DNA of 64,000 nucleotides from Alphaproteobacteria bacterium (GTDB lineage: Bacteria; Pseudomonadota; Alphaproteobacteria; Rs-D84). The stretch covers positions 14,038-78,037 of the forward strand of contig JAFQTD010000036.1 of NCBI GenBank assembly GCA_017409215.1, written 5' to 3'. This document shows positions 47,733 through 57,788 of the stretch, one piece after another; positions within the stretch are counted from its first letter, which is position 1; each line of letters begins with the position of its first letter. The position numbers and the translations under genes are program-made. The notes beneath the pieces were generated by a model. The model was given only the letters and a program-made list of their open reading frames with translations. It was not told where the DNA came from and searched no databases.

Positions 47733-50264
47733 GTGGCAGAAAAAAGTAAGCTGACACCTGTTATGCAACAGTATGTCGATATGAAATCAGAAAATCCAGA
47801 TGCATTGCTAATGTTTCGTCTGGGTGATTTTTATGAATCGTTTTTTGATGACGCAAAAACAATCAGTTCTGCACTTGGGTTGGTTTTAACTGCGCGTGGT
47901 ACAGATGGCGATGGGGTCAGCATACCGATGTGCGGAATACCATGGCATGCATCTGATAATTATTTTGGTCGTCTTGTTCGTGCTGGATACAAGGTCGCGT
48001 TGGTTGAACAGATGGAAACCCCCGCCCAGGCCAAGGAACGTGGACATAAATATATTGACCGTCAGGTTGTGCGTGTTTTGACACCTGGGACATTAACGGA
48101 TGATAATTTGTTGACACCAAAGAATTCAAATTTTTTGGTTGCGATAACACCGATGGGTGGTGGTCGTTTTGATGTTGCAGGTTGCGATATATCGACTGGT
48201 GAATTTTTTGTCGGACAAACTGCGGATGCGATTGACGATATGACACGCCTAAATCCCGCAGAAATTATATTCCCGTTTGGCAGCGCCGAAGAAAAAACGA
48301 TTATGAAACTGCGCGAACAGTTCAAGACGACACCTGTTTACGAAAAATTGTATCATCGCGCAGATATTGATATGGTTGTGTCGCGCGTTTTTGGTGGTGC
48401 GGTTGACGGAAATACTGTGGCAAAAAATTTGGACAGTGCGATATGTTTATTGGCGGGGTATTTGTTTAATACACAGCGTGGCAGTTCGATAACATTTCGT
48501 GCGCCATACACATTTAAGTCTGGTCGTCAGTTGTTAATAGATTCTGCAACTTGGAAAAGTTTAGAAATAGACGCACCTATCAATGATGGTGGCGCGTGTC
48601 TGATTGATGTTTTAGACGAAACGATAACATCGGCTGGTGCGCGCAAACTGCGTGCATATTTACGAAATTTATCATCAGATTTATCAGAAATTACATTACG
48701 TCAAAGTCATATATCACACTTTTCGTTAAATCCAGATGTTTTGGCGATAATGCGTGATGTTTTGTCGTCTATTCCTGATGTTGGTCGTTCGCTATCGCGT
48801 TTATTGTCTGGTCGTGGCACGCCGCGTGATATGCGCAATGTTTCGGAATTTATTGCTGCATTACCACGTGCGCAATTATTGTCATCACGCCTAGATTCTG
48901 ATTTGTCTGCGCGCTTTGCAGGAATTGATACACACAGCACATTTGGCGTAAAGTTGCGTAATGCATTATCTGATGATTTGCCGACATTTTTTCGCGATGG
49001 CAATGTAATACGTGATGGTTTTGATGTTGCGCTGGATAATATGCGTGGGCTGTCCAGTGGTGGTCGCGAAACAATTGCTGCGCTTCAGGCTGAATACATC
49101 GCGCAAACTGGTATAAATACACTAAAGATAAAATACAATAACATTCTGGGGTATTTTATAGAGGTTCCATCATCGCGTGCAGAAGCGATGATGCAACCAG
49201 AATCCGGGTTTATACATCGTCAAACGATGGCTGGCAATATGCGCTTTACAACATCACGTCTGATTGATTTAGATAACGATGTTCGCAGTGCCGCTGAAAA
49301 GTCTGCCGCGATAGAGGCGCAAATAATATCTGACTTTATCGAAGAAATCCGTTCAATTGCGGATGATTTGCTGTCCAGTGCAGATTTATTAGCAGACGCA
49401 GATGTCTGGGTGTCATTGTCGATTGTTGCAGACCGTTATAATTGGGTGCGTCCAACAATTACTGACGATTGTGCATTTGATGTCGTTGGTGGTCGTCATC
49501 CTGTGATTGAATATGTCTTGCGTACACGCGGGGATAATTTCATCAAAAACGATTGTAATTTAAATGAATCTGCGATTGCGTTATTAACTGGTCCAAATAT
49601 GGCGGGTAAGTCAACGTATCTGCGTCAGAACGCAATAATTATTGTGTTGGCGCACCTTGGTTCTTTTGTACCTGCAACATCAGCGCGTATTGGTATTTGC
49701 GACCAGTTGTTTAGTCGTGTTGGTGCATCTGATAATCTGGCAGCGGGTCAATCCACATTTATGGTCGAGATGGCAGAAACCGCAAACATTTTAAATCGTG
49801 CAACCAATCGGTCTTTTATAATTTTTGACGAGATTGGTCGTGGCACAGCGACTTATGACGGTATGGCGATTGCTCAGGCGGTATTGGAATACCTGAATGA
49901 ACTGCAGCCCCGTACACTATTTGCGACACATTACCACGAATTGACGTCATTGGTTATAAGTGGTGAATTAAATCACGTGCATTGTCTGACCATTGACGTG
50001 CGCGAGCATAATGATGAGATAATATTTATGCATAGAATTATTTCTGGGGTTGCAAACCGTTCTTATGGTATTCACGTTGCGCGTATGGCAGGTATGCCAT
50101 CATCGGTGGTTGCGCGTGCAGAATGTGTGCTAAATGCATTGGAATCGCACACGTTGCCCACCCCTGCACCTGATTGCGCACCAAAACCAACACCACAAGC
50201 ATCCAAAGTAAATAAAAATTGCGTATCAGACGAAATATCAAAACCGCAATTAAGCTTATTTTAA
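47733..50264 (+). CDS. mutS: DNA mismatch repair protein MutS
   Basis: 843 aa with the N-terminal TPVMQQY mismatch-binding motif, Walker A GPNMAGKST and an HTH/dimerisation C-terminus. GTG start. Confidence 0.95.
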   Translation: MAEKSKLTPVMQQYVDMKSENPDALLMFRLGDFYESFFDDAKTISSALGLVLTARGTDGDGVSIPMCGIPWHASDNYFGRLVRAGYKVALVEQMETPAQAKERGHKYIDRQVVRVLTPGTLTDDNLLTPKNSNFLVAITPMGGGRFDVAGCDISTGEFFVGQTADAIDDMTRLNPAEIIFPFGSAEEKTIMKLREQFKTTPVYEKLYHRADIDMVVSRVFGGAVDGNTVAKNLDSAICLLAGYLFNTQRGSSITFRAPYTFKSGRQLLIDSATWKSLEIDAPINDGGACLIDVLDETITSAGARKLRAYLRNLSSDLSEITLRQSHISHFSLNPDVLAIMRDVLSSIPDVGRSLSRLLSGRGTPRDMRNVSEFIAALPRAQLLSSRLDSDLSARFAGIDTHSTFGVKLRNALSDDLPTFFRDGNVIRDGFDVALDNMRGLSSGGRETIAALQAEYIAQTGINTLKIKYNNILGYFIEVPSSRAEAMMQPESGFIHRQTMAGNMRFTTSRLIDLDNDVRSAAEKSAAIEAQIISDFIEEIRSIADDLLSSADLLADADVWVSLSIVADRYNWVRPTITDDCAFDVVGGRHPVIEYVLRTRGDNFIKNDCNLNESAIALLTGPNMAGKSTYLRQNAIIIVLAHLGSFVPATSARIGICDQLFSRVGASDNLAAGQSTFMVEMAETANILNRATNRSFIIFDEIGRGTATYDGMAIAQAVLEYLNELQPRTLFATHYHELTSLVISGELNHVHCLTIDVREHNDEIIFMHRIISGVANRSYGIHVARMAGMPSSVVARAECVLNALESHTLPTPAPDCAPKPTPQASKVNKNCVSDEISKPQLSLF

Positions 50265-50278
50265 AAAAGGATTAAGCG

Positions 50279-50728
50279 ATGAAAATGGAATTAAAAACAG
50301 TTATTTATATCGATATAAATACGCAAACAAAATTCACTATATCAGATGAAAAGACACTGCATCAGACTTTATCTGGTCTTTGGTCTCAGATATATAAATT
50401 AAGGCATTCACATCCGATTTTTTGTTTAGAACAACGGTTAGTTGGTACGATTGATGGTTGTCGTGTGCAATCTGTTCCAGATACAGGAAAGAAGTTACCA
50501 ATTTATGTTGCGGATAACTGCGAAATAAAAGATGGAAAAGTTTTTGTATCAAATGGTATTGATGGCAGAAAGGACATAAATATTTCAAATGGCTATACGG
50601 TTATAAATACTGCTGGCAAGCAGTTGTATCCACCGCTTGAAAAGAATCAAGAAACTGCTTTGGATAAATTTATTCGCGAAGCATATAACACAAAGTACAC
50701 GATTACTAAACAACAGAATACAAAATAA
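50279..50728 (+). CDS. hypothetical protein
   Basis: 149-aa ORF with RBS AAAAAAGGA and no recognisable motif. Confidence 0.4.
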   Translation: MKMELKTVIYIDINTQTKFTISDEKTLHQTLSGLWSQIYKLRHSHPIFCLEQRLVGTIDGCRVQSVPDTGKKLPIYVADNCEIKDGKVFVSNGIDGRKDINISNGYTVINTAGKQLYPPLEKNQETALDKFIREAYNTKYTITKQQNTK

Positions 50729-51600
50729 TGAAATCGGGTTGGATAATTTTAGACAAAGATTCTGGGCTGTTCTCGCGCACCGCGGGTGGTCGTGTGGCGC
50801 GAATGCTGGGGACAAAAAAATTTGGTCATATTGGCACACTTGACCCAATGGCGTCTGGCGTTTTGCCGATTGCGATTGGCGATGCGACCAAGATGATACC
50901 CTTTGTCGAAGAAGCAAATCCATCTGTCAAAGAATATTTATTCTCATTACAATTTGGTTTTGAAACAGATACACTTGATATAACAGGCATGGAAACGGCG
51001 CGCGATAATTTTGTGCCGCGTGAATCAGATGTTGTATCTGTGCTGCCAAAACTAACCGGTCACATTCAACAAATACCACCGCAATATTCTGCGGTGCATG
51101 TTAATGGTGCGCGCGCATACGATATGGCACGTCGTGGCATAAGTATTGAAATTCAGCCCCGCCTTGTTGATATTTTTGAACTGGAATTTCTGGGGATTCA
51201 TAACAACAGCTGGCATTTTCGCACGCGTTGCAGTCGTGGCACGTATGTTCGTTCAATTGCGCGTGATATTGCAAAAATGTGTGGTGCGTATGCGACGGTT
51301 GATATGATACGTCGCACACTAACGAACGGATTTTATATATCAAGTGCTGTAAAACTTGATTTTTTGGAAAATATATTTAATAATAGTGGCGCCTTGGGTG
51401 AAAACCTTAGGCCGATTGATTATGGGCTGGGGGACATTCCGGTTCTTAATCTATCGGATAAAGCGACTGCGTTTTATAAATCTGGTGGCTTTATTGAAAC
51501 GGATGCAGATGATGGTTTGGTACGTGTATACTGCGGTGATATATTCATTGGCATTGGTATTGTATCAGACTGTGTTTTACGTCCAAAACGAACAATATAA
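50728..51600 (+). CDS. truB: tRNA pseudouridine(55) synthase
   Basis: GHIGTLDPMASGVLPIAIG catalytic motif. The PUA domain is absent or short. Confidence 0.9.
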   Translation: MKSGWIILDKDSGLFSRTAGGRVARMLGTKKFGHIGTLDPMASGVLPIAIGDATKMIPFVEEANPSVKEYLFSLQFGFETDTLDITGMETARDNFVPRESDVVSVLPKLTGHIQQIPPQYSAVHVNGARAYDMARRGISIEIQPRLVDIFELEFLGIHNNSWHFRTRCSRGTYVRSIARDIAKMCGAYATVDMIRRTLTNGFYISSAVKLDFLENIFNNSGALGENLRPIDYGLGDIPVLNLSDKATAFYKSGGFIETDADDGLVRVYCGDIFIGIGIVSDCVLRPKRTI

Positions 51601-51621
51601 AAACAAAACAAAGGAAAAACA

Positions 51622-51894
51622 ATGTCCATAACAAAGACAAAAAAGTCTGAATTAATTCAGGAATATAAAGTATCTGAACAAGATAATGGTGGCTCTGTTG
51701 AATCTCAGGTTGCTGTTTTAACTGAACGCATTCGCAATTTGACAGAACATATGAAGGCTAATCACAAAGACAATCATTCAAAACGTGGTTTGTTATTGAT
51801 GGTTAACCGTCGCAAGAAATTATTGGCTTATATCAAGAAACGTAATTCCGAAGAATACGAAACATTGATTAAGAAACTTGGTTTGCGTAAATAA
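51622..51894 (+). CDS. rpsO: 30S ribosomal protein S15
   Basis: 90 aa with conserved S15 sequence (SVESQVAVLTERIRNLTEHMKANHKDNHSKRGLLLMVNRRKKLLAYIKK). A bidirectional terminator lies at 51896-51922. Confidence 0.95.
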   Translation: MSITKTKKSELIQEYKVSEQDNGGSVESQVAVLTERIRNLTEHMKANHKDNHSKRGLLLMVNRRKKLLAYIKKRNSEEYETLIKKLGLRK

Positions 51895-51895
51895 A

Positions 51896-51922
51896 AAAAT
51901 CCCCGTTTGGGGATTTTTTTTG
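51896..51922. terminator. bidirectional terminator between rpsO and rmuC
   Basis: AAAAAAATCCCCGTTTGGGGATTTTTTTT, identical to the hairpin at 38035-38062. Confidence 0.6.
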
Positions 51923-51974
51923 TATTCAGTAAATTTTATAGAATCTTAGAAAACATTACTTAAAACAAAGTCAT

Positions 51975-52853
51975 TTAATCTTCGCCAAAGTCCATATCGC
52001 GCAGTTTTTCTGCACGTGGTGCGATTTTTGCGATTGATGTTTGCAGTTGTTCAATATCGTTTTGTGCCTGTCCAAAGTGTCGCGCGACATTACCTGCGCG
52101 GTCAGACAGTCTGGTCAAATCGGTCAACAGATAATCCAGTTCTTTTTTTATCTGTGTTGCGACACGTTTGATTTTAATATCGGACAGCACTGCGCGAATC
52201 GTATTCAGTGTTGCCCACAGTGTGGCGGGTGATACAATAAATACTTTTTGTTTTGCAGCATATTCGATTGTATTTGGAAATTCGCGGTGCAGTGTTTCAA
52301 AGATAGATTCAGACGCAATAAACATCATTGCAGATTCTGCGGTCTGACCTGTGATTATGTATTTTTCACCAATTGCATCAATATGCTTGCGCACATCCAG
52401 TTCAAATTGTTTTCGTGCCATCCCATCGTTTGGTTCATTTATCATTTTGTTATAACTTTCCAGTGGGAATTTGCTGTCTATTATCATATCGCCTGGTGGG
52501 TATGGCAATCTGATGATACAGTCTGGTCGCACGCCTGTATCCATTACATGTTGAAACGCGTATGTTTCCGGTGGCATAATATCCATAACGATATCTTCCA
52601 GTTGTCTTTCGCCAAACGTACCGCGTGCCTGTTTATTTCCCATTAAAATATTTTTGAAATTTGCGATATCACTGCTGATATTCTTAAGTTCGATTGCATT
52701 CTGGCTAAGCGCCCCCAGTCGTTCAGCCAGTCTTTCACGCAGTCTGGCGTTGTCTTCACGCAGTGGCGAAATATCCAATGCTGGCTTTCGCATTAATATC
52801 GCGACCAATAAAACAATAATTATTCCTAACAATACAAAAATATAAGTTGTCAT
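51975..52853 (-). CDS. rmuC: DNA recombination protein RmuC
   Basis: N-terminal TM, a coiled coil and an RmuC-family nuclease-like C-terminus. Confidence 0.8.
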   Translation of the reverse strand: MTTYIFVLLGIIIVLLVAILMRKPALDISPLREDNARLRERLAERLGALSQNAIELKNISSDIANFKNILMGNKQARGTFGERQLEDIVMDIMPPETYAFQHVMDTGVRPDCIIRLPYPPGDMIIDSKFPLESYNKMINEPNDGMARKQFELDVRKHIDAIGEKYIITGQTAESAMMFIASESIFETLHREFPNTIEYAAKQKVFIVSPATLWATLNTIRAVLSDIKIKRVATQIKKELDYLLTDLTRLSDRAGNVARHFGQAQNDIEQLQTSIAKIAPRAEKLRDMDFGED

Positions 52854-52897
52854 TTCCTAATCCTTTGCTATTATTGCAATTATAAAAGGTTTTAAAT

Positions 52898-53398
52898 ATG
52901 TTGCAAATGAAACTTTGTGGTGATGTTGTTTTACGAACTGTATGTGCGCCCGTATCAAACATAGATAATGATTTACTGGCGACCATGGATGAAATGGTTG
53001 AAATGATGCGTGCCCAGAATGGTGTTGGCCTTGCCGCGCCTCAGGTTGGAATATTGTCGCGCTTTTTGGTTATGATGGACCCAGATTCTGAGGTTGTATA
53101 TCGTATGATAAATCCAAAAATTTTATCACACAGTGACGAACATTGTATGATGGAGGAAGGATGTCTATCCGTCCTTGGCAATGACAATTTGCCGATATTT
53201 GCAAATGTGTCGCGCCCACAATCTGTGATTGTTGAATGGACTGACGAAAACGGTGACAAAAAGACCGCCCAGATGTCTGGCACGCCCGCCCGAATTGTTC
53301 AGCATGAAACAGACCATTTGGATGGCAAGTTATTTATTGATTACCTGTCGCCTGTGCGTCGCGAAATGGTGACCCGAAAAATAAAAAAGCGTAAATAG
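52898..53398 (+). CDS. def: peptide deformylase
   Basis: Motifs GVGLAAPQVG, EGCLS and HETDHLDG. Confidence 0.9.
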   Translation: MLQMKLCGDVVLRTVCAPVSNIDNDLLATMDEMVEMMRAQNGVGLAAPQVGILSRFLVMMDPDSEVVYRMINPKILSHSDEHCMMEEGCLSVLGNDNLPIFANVSRPQSVIVEWTDENGDKKTAQMSGTPARIVQHETDHLDGKLFIDYLSPVRREMVTRKIKKRK

Positions 53399-53400
53399 AA

Positions 53401-54210
53401 ATGAAACTTGTTTTAATGGGAACAAATTCATTTGTTGTTCCGATTTTCGAAGCGATAAGAAATGCAGGTCATGAAATAATGGCTGTGTTTACGCGTGCGC
53501 CAAAACCGGTTGGACGCAAACAAATTTTAACCCCGTCGCCTGTGCACATTTGGGCGAATGAAAATAATTTACCTGTACACACGAATGTGTCTGAATATAA
53601 TTATGCACCTGATATGGTTGTGGTTATTTCTTATGGTGTTATATTGCGTGATAATGTTTTGGGGTCTGCGCCTTGTATAAATTTACACCCCAGTTTATTA
53701 CCAAAGTATCGTGGGCCGTCACCAATCAAGACTGCAATATACAATGGCGATAAAAAGTCTGCAGTATGTTTAATGCGTGTTGTGCATGAACTGGATGCCG
53801 GTGATATTTTAATGTGTCACGAATTCGATATTGATATTAACGATACGAATGACAGTATTGAAGACTTAGTTTCAAATATCGGTTCTGAAATGTTGGTTGA
53901 ATATTTGTCTGCACCTGATAGATACACTGCTGTACCACAAAATGGTGTACCGACATTCACCCACAAATGGACCAGTGCCGATATGAACATTGATTGGTCA
54001 CGCAATCCGATTGAAATACATAATCAGGTACGTGCGTTGGGGGCGGGGCGTACAGTGATAAATGGCACAGATGTAAAAATCCTGGAAACCAGAATTAATA
54101 ACGATGGCGAACTGGAAATTATAAGTCTGCAACCATCTGGAAAAAAACCGATGGATTGGAAAAGTTTTGTAAACGGTTTGCGTGGTGCAGAAATAAAATA
54201 TGGGGAATAA
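53401..54210 (+). CDS. fmt: methionyl-tRNA formyltransferase (short form)
   Basis: N-terminal formyltransferase fold. def-fmt linkage. At 269 aa it is shorter than typical Fmt. Confidence 0.85.
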   Translation: MKLVLMGTNSFVVPIFEAIRNAGHEIMAVFTRAPKPVGRKQILTPSPVHIWANENNLPVHTNVSEYNYAPDMVVVISYGVILRDNVLGSAPCINLHPSLLPKYRGPSPIKTAIYNGDKKSAVCLMRVVHELDAGDILMCHEFDIDINDTNDSIEDLVSNIGSEMLVEYLSAPDRYTAVPQNGVPTFTHKWTSADMNIDWSRNPIEIHNQVRALGAGRTVINGTDVKILETRINNDGELEIISLQPSGKKPMDWKSFVNGLRGAEIKYGE

Positions 54211-54212
54211 GA

Positions 54213-54380
54213 ATGAAACAAAAATGTAAATATTGCGAATATTACTACTTGCACAAGAATCAGCAATCATTGTGTTATTATGGTGATGAAATAAATATAT
54301 TTATGTTTGGTCCCAAGCGCACAAGTCCCAATGACTTTTGTAAAAATTTCACAGCAAAACAAGTACAAAATACCAGATAA
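54213..54380 (+). CDS. small Cys-containing protein (55 aa)
   Basis: ATG at 54213 after GGGGAATAAG. CKYC...C...C pattern. First of three tandem Cys-rich small ORFs. Confidence 0.3.
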   Translation: MKQKCKYCEYYYLHKNQQSLCYYGDEINIFMFGPKRTSPNDFCKNFTAKQVQNTR

Positions 54381-54398
54381 AACACAAAAGGAAAAATA

Positions 54399-54626
54399 AT
54401 GGCAATCAGATATTGCAAGAACAGAAACTGCACAGTTGTTTTAAATGAATATAATATGGATTGTGCGTGCATAAATTGTAGTAAAGAGATAAAACATTGC
54501 AACAGTCTTGATTGTGCGGACAAGGGGGTCAGGCTAAAATCAGATGATGTACGTGAGTTGTATATGCGCAAATGTCATGGATGTATAAACTTTTCTAAAG
54601 TTATAATATCTCAACGTAACAGATAA
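54399..54626 (+). CDS. small Cys-rich protein (75 aa, 9 Cys)
   Basis: RBS AAAGGAAAAATA. Cys spacing CxCxxC-x6-C-x4-C...CxxC, similar to the next ORF. Confidence 0.4.
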   Translation: MAIRYCKNRNCTVVLNEYNMDCACINCSKEIKHCNSLDCADKGVRLKSDDVRELYMRKCHGCINFSKVIISQRNR

Positions 54627-54634
54627 AGAAAAAA

Positions 54635-54865
54635 ATGTCACAGATAACCAAGAATAGTACAATGTGTGGTTTATGGGGGGTTGACGTTAATCTGTCAGAG
54701 CACAATCGTTTTGGCAAATGCGAATGTGTCGGGTGTATTGGCAATGCCTGTAATAATTGCGTAATATACCATGAATTGTGTACAGAAAGTGCAAATTCAA
54801 CTTTTAACAGGCTGGTGTCGCGGTGCAAAAAATGTCGAACAACGGAATTAATAAAACAAAGATAA
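54635..54865 (+). CDS. small Cys-rich protein (76 aa, 9 Cys), paralog-like to 54399-54626
   Basis: CxCxxC-x4-CxxC-x6-C...CxxC. No signal peptide. Confidence 0.4.
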   Translation: MSQITKNSTMCGLWGVDVNLSEHNRFGKCECVGCIGNACNNCVIYHELCTESANSTFNRLVSRCKKCRTTELIKQR

Positions 54866-54869
54866 AAAT

Positions 54870-55601
54870 ATGACACGATACAAAGTAATCTTGGAATATG
54901 ACGGTACGGATTTAATTGGCTGGCAGGAAAATCGCCAAGGTCCATCTGTACAATCGCTGGTCAAAGATGCGATTGAACAGTTTTGTGGTGCGCGTCCTGA
55001 TATTGTTGGGGCAGGGCGCACAGATTCTGGGGTTCACGCGGTTGCGATGACCGCGCACTTTGATATTGATGGCGACCATTCCCCCGAAACCGTTATGCGG
55101 GCATTAAATTTTTATTTAACGAATAAACCTGTATCGGTTCTGGGGTGCAGTGTTGTTCCTGATGAATTTAATGCGCGTTTTGATTGTGTTGCCCGTCATT
55201 ACAAGTACGTGGTGCTGAATCGTAGTGCTGCACCTGTATTGCAAAAAAATCGTGTATATTGGGTTCCGCGAAAACTGGACGTTGACGCAATGCGTGCTGC
55301 AGCAGAAAAATTAATTGGCAATCACGATTTTACCAGTTTTCGTGCATCAGAATGTCAGGCCAAATCCCCGATAAAGACACTGGATAAAATAGACATAACC
55401 ACAGACGGCGATTTAATAGTGTTTGAATTTTCTGCGCGTTCATTTTTGCATCATATGGTGCGCAATATTGTTGGAACATTGATTGAAATCGGTTTGGGTA
55501 AGCCGTACGATATTGATGAAATTTTTATTGCCCGCAATCGCAGTGCCGCCGGTCCAACTGCACCGGCAAGTGGTCTGTATTTTATTCGTGCAGATTATTA
55601 A
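54870..55601 (+). CDS. truA: tRNA pseudouridine(38-40) synthase
   Basis: Catalytic RTDSGVHA motif. Confidence 0.9.
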   Translation: MTRYKVILEYDGTDLIGWQENRQGPSVQSLVKDAIEQFCGARPDIVGAGRTDSGVHAVAMTAHFDIDGDHSPETVMRALNFYLTNKPVSVLGCSVVPDEFNARFDCVARHYKYVVLNRSAAPVLQKNRVYWVPRKLDVDAMRAAAEKLIGNHDFTSFRASECQAKSPIKTLDKIDITTDGDLIVFEFSARSFLHHMVRNIVGTLIEIGLGKPYDIDEIFIARNRSAAGPTAPASGLYFIRADY

Positions 55602-57553
55602 TTCCACCTGCGATTTGTTTGTGTGTATTTTATTTTGTTGTTTGGATAAATTACAAACCCACCGCTTAGTATTTTATGCTGACATCTTGGCGCATTAATT
55701 TTCAAATAAGACACAATAATTTTGACAGAATCATCTGCGCACAGTTTTTCAATGTTTTTCATCAGTGGAACAAACTTTTGAATATAAACAATATTACCAT
55801 TTCTGAAGATTCCATTGTTATGCGACTTACGTTTGTTTGGTGTATCGACTTTTTGTCCATTTACCTGTTTCCAGGTATCAAACGCGAATTTATGCCCGCT
55901 GGCGCGTGCCTTGTTAAATTCCAGAATTCCGTCATCATTCAAGAACGCAACCAGTTCATTATCGTATGAAGTGTAAAATATGGGCTTTGGGTTCAGATAA
56001 ACAGCACTTATCCCAGAAACAAAAAATATAATAAACAGGATATAATTAAACTTTATTTTAATTGGTTTAATAAAGACAAGTGACATAAATGCCAACACAA
56101 ATAACATCAGTGCAAAATTTGAAACGTGTGGCACTGTCAAATTCGCGTACGGCATATCAGAAATAATCTTGGCGATTTGAAACAACCAGTTATAAATATC
56201 GTGCGCCCATATTATTGGCGAAAACACACCGAATATAGCGCAGAAAACACCGATAAAAACCAGTGGCATAATTGCGACAGAAAACACAGGCAACAAAATT
56301 AGATTTCCTAACAAACTATAAACTGGTATCGCGCCAAAATGTGCGGCGACAAAGGGCGCGGTAAATATCGTCGCAACCACAGAAGTTAAGACACACGCAT
56401 AAACAATTTTTAATAATTTATTGTGTGGCATTCTGGGTTTTACGTCTTGGTATAACCAGACCAATCCAAAGACTGCAGAAAACGAAAGTTGAAATCCAGC
56501 CTGCATAACACTGTGCGGATTAAAAAGGAAAATTGTGCAGAATGCCAAGGCTACATTTCGCATAGAAATCGCGTTGCGCCCAAACACCAACGCGCCAAAT
56601 ACTAAACTGGTCATCAAAAACGCGCGCAAGGTTGCGATATCGATTCCAGACAAGAATAAATAAAACAGCAACCCAAACCATGCGCAAATTGTCGCGGGAA
56701 TCCTTGCGGGTATTCGTTTGGTTATTGGTGGAATTGTGCGAAAAATAAGATACATTACAACAAACAGCCACCCACCAACCAAAGTCATATGAAACCCGCT
56801 GATTGACCATATATGCCCGATACCAGTTGCGGTCCATATTTTATTATCATCATCTGGCACAGCGGATTTGTACCCCAACACCAAACTGTCCACCAAGAAA
56901 GATTTTGATTTTTTATGTAATGTATTGCGCAGTGAATTTGTGCCGATATCATTCCCTGATTCAATTACGGTCAATTCGTTTATATAACCTGTTGCAGAGA
57001 TATTGTTAAAATACGTCCATTTTGCAAAGTCAAATGTTTCAGGCGCGTATGCAGAATTAGGCTTGAAAATACCAGCATCAACACTAACTTTATCACCAAT
57101 ATTGGGTAAATTGGTTTCGTTTTTGATTGACAATCTCAGGTTTGCTGTGCCGTCGCCTGCATTAATATCATTTGCATTTACGGTTAAAACAATTCTTGCC
57201 TTGTCACTGGTGTAATCAACAGATTTAACAATCCCTGTCAGACTAAGGTTATGCATATCGCGTGAAATCTTTGGTGTATTTATGATATTGGTAAAACAGC
57301 ACGCATAGCAGAATCCAAATGCCACCACGCAAATCGCACGTATGAATATGGGGCATTTTCTACAGAATAAAATTGCGCCGCTTAAAATTGCAAAAATAAC
57401 AGCGTATGTAAAATCAGGTTCAAAACCTGCATTAAAATACATAATCGCCCCACCGGCCAACAGTAATGGCACATACAGGAACAGATTTTGATACTGATTA
57501 TCGAACCATTCTTTCATAAAAAAATTATAGGCGCGAAATCCCAAGTCCTGCAA
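55598..57553 (-). CDS. comEC: ComEC/Rec2-family DNA internalisation channel protein
   Basis: 651 aa, polytopic, with a ComEC competence-domain core. An internal Met at 57517 is an alternative start. Confidence 0.8.
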   Translation of the reverse strand: MQDLGFRAYNFFMKEWFDNQYQNLFLYVPLLLAGGAIMYFNAGFEPDFTYAVIFAILSGAILFCRKCPIFIRAICVVAFGFCYACCFTNIINTPKISRDMHNLSLTGIVKSVDYTSDKARIVLTVNANDINAGDGTANLRLSIKNETNLPNIGDKVSVDAGIFKPNSAYAPETFDFAKWTYFNNISATGYINELTVIESGNDIGTNSLRNTLHKKSKSFLVDSLVLGYKSAVPDDDNKIWTATGIGHIWSISGFHMTLVGGWLFVVMYLIFRTIPPITKRIPARIPATICAWFGLLFYLFLSGIDIATLRAFLMTSLVFGALVFGRNAISMRNVALAFCTIFLFNPHSVMQAGFQLSFSAVFGLVWLYQDVKPRMPHNKLLKIVYACVLTSVVATIFTAPFVAAHFGAIPVYSLLGNLILLPVFSVAIMPLVFIGVFCAIFGVFSPIIWAHDIYNWLFQIAKIISDMPYANLTVPHVSNFALMLFVLAFMSLVFIKPIKIKFNYILFIIFFVSGISAVYLNPKPIFYTSYDNELVAFLNDDGILEFNKARASGHKFAFDTWKQVNGQKVDTPNKRKSHNNGIFRNGNIVYIQKFVPLMKNIEKLCADDSVKIIVSYLKINAPRCQHKILSGGFVIYPNNKIKYTQTNRRWN

Positions 57554-57788
57554 TAAAAACTTTTTTTAGAAACAAAAAAATGATATAATTCCTTTTGACA
57601 ACAGTAAGTGTTGTTGGGTGTGGAAACCCAAATTCTAGGTTGTGCTGGTATTTACCGGCACAAAAAACTCCAATGCGCAAGTTGGAGGGCATTTGAATAT
57701 ATCGAATAGAATGCACTATTTTCCTAGAATAATAGTTTCCAACCTCCAACCACCTGTTGTTCAGGTGTTTTTTTGTATAGGAGAGATT

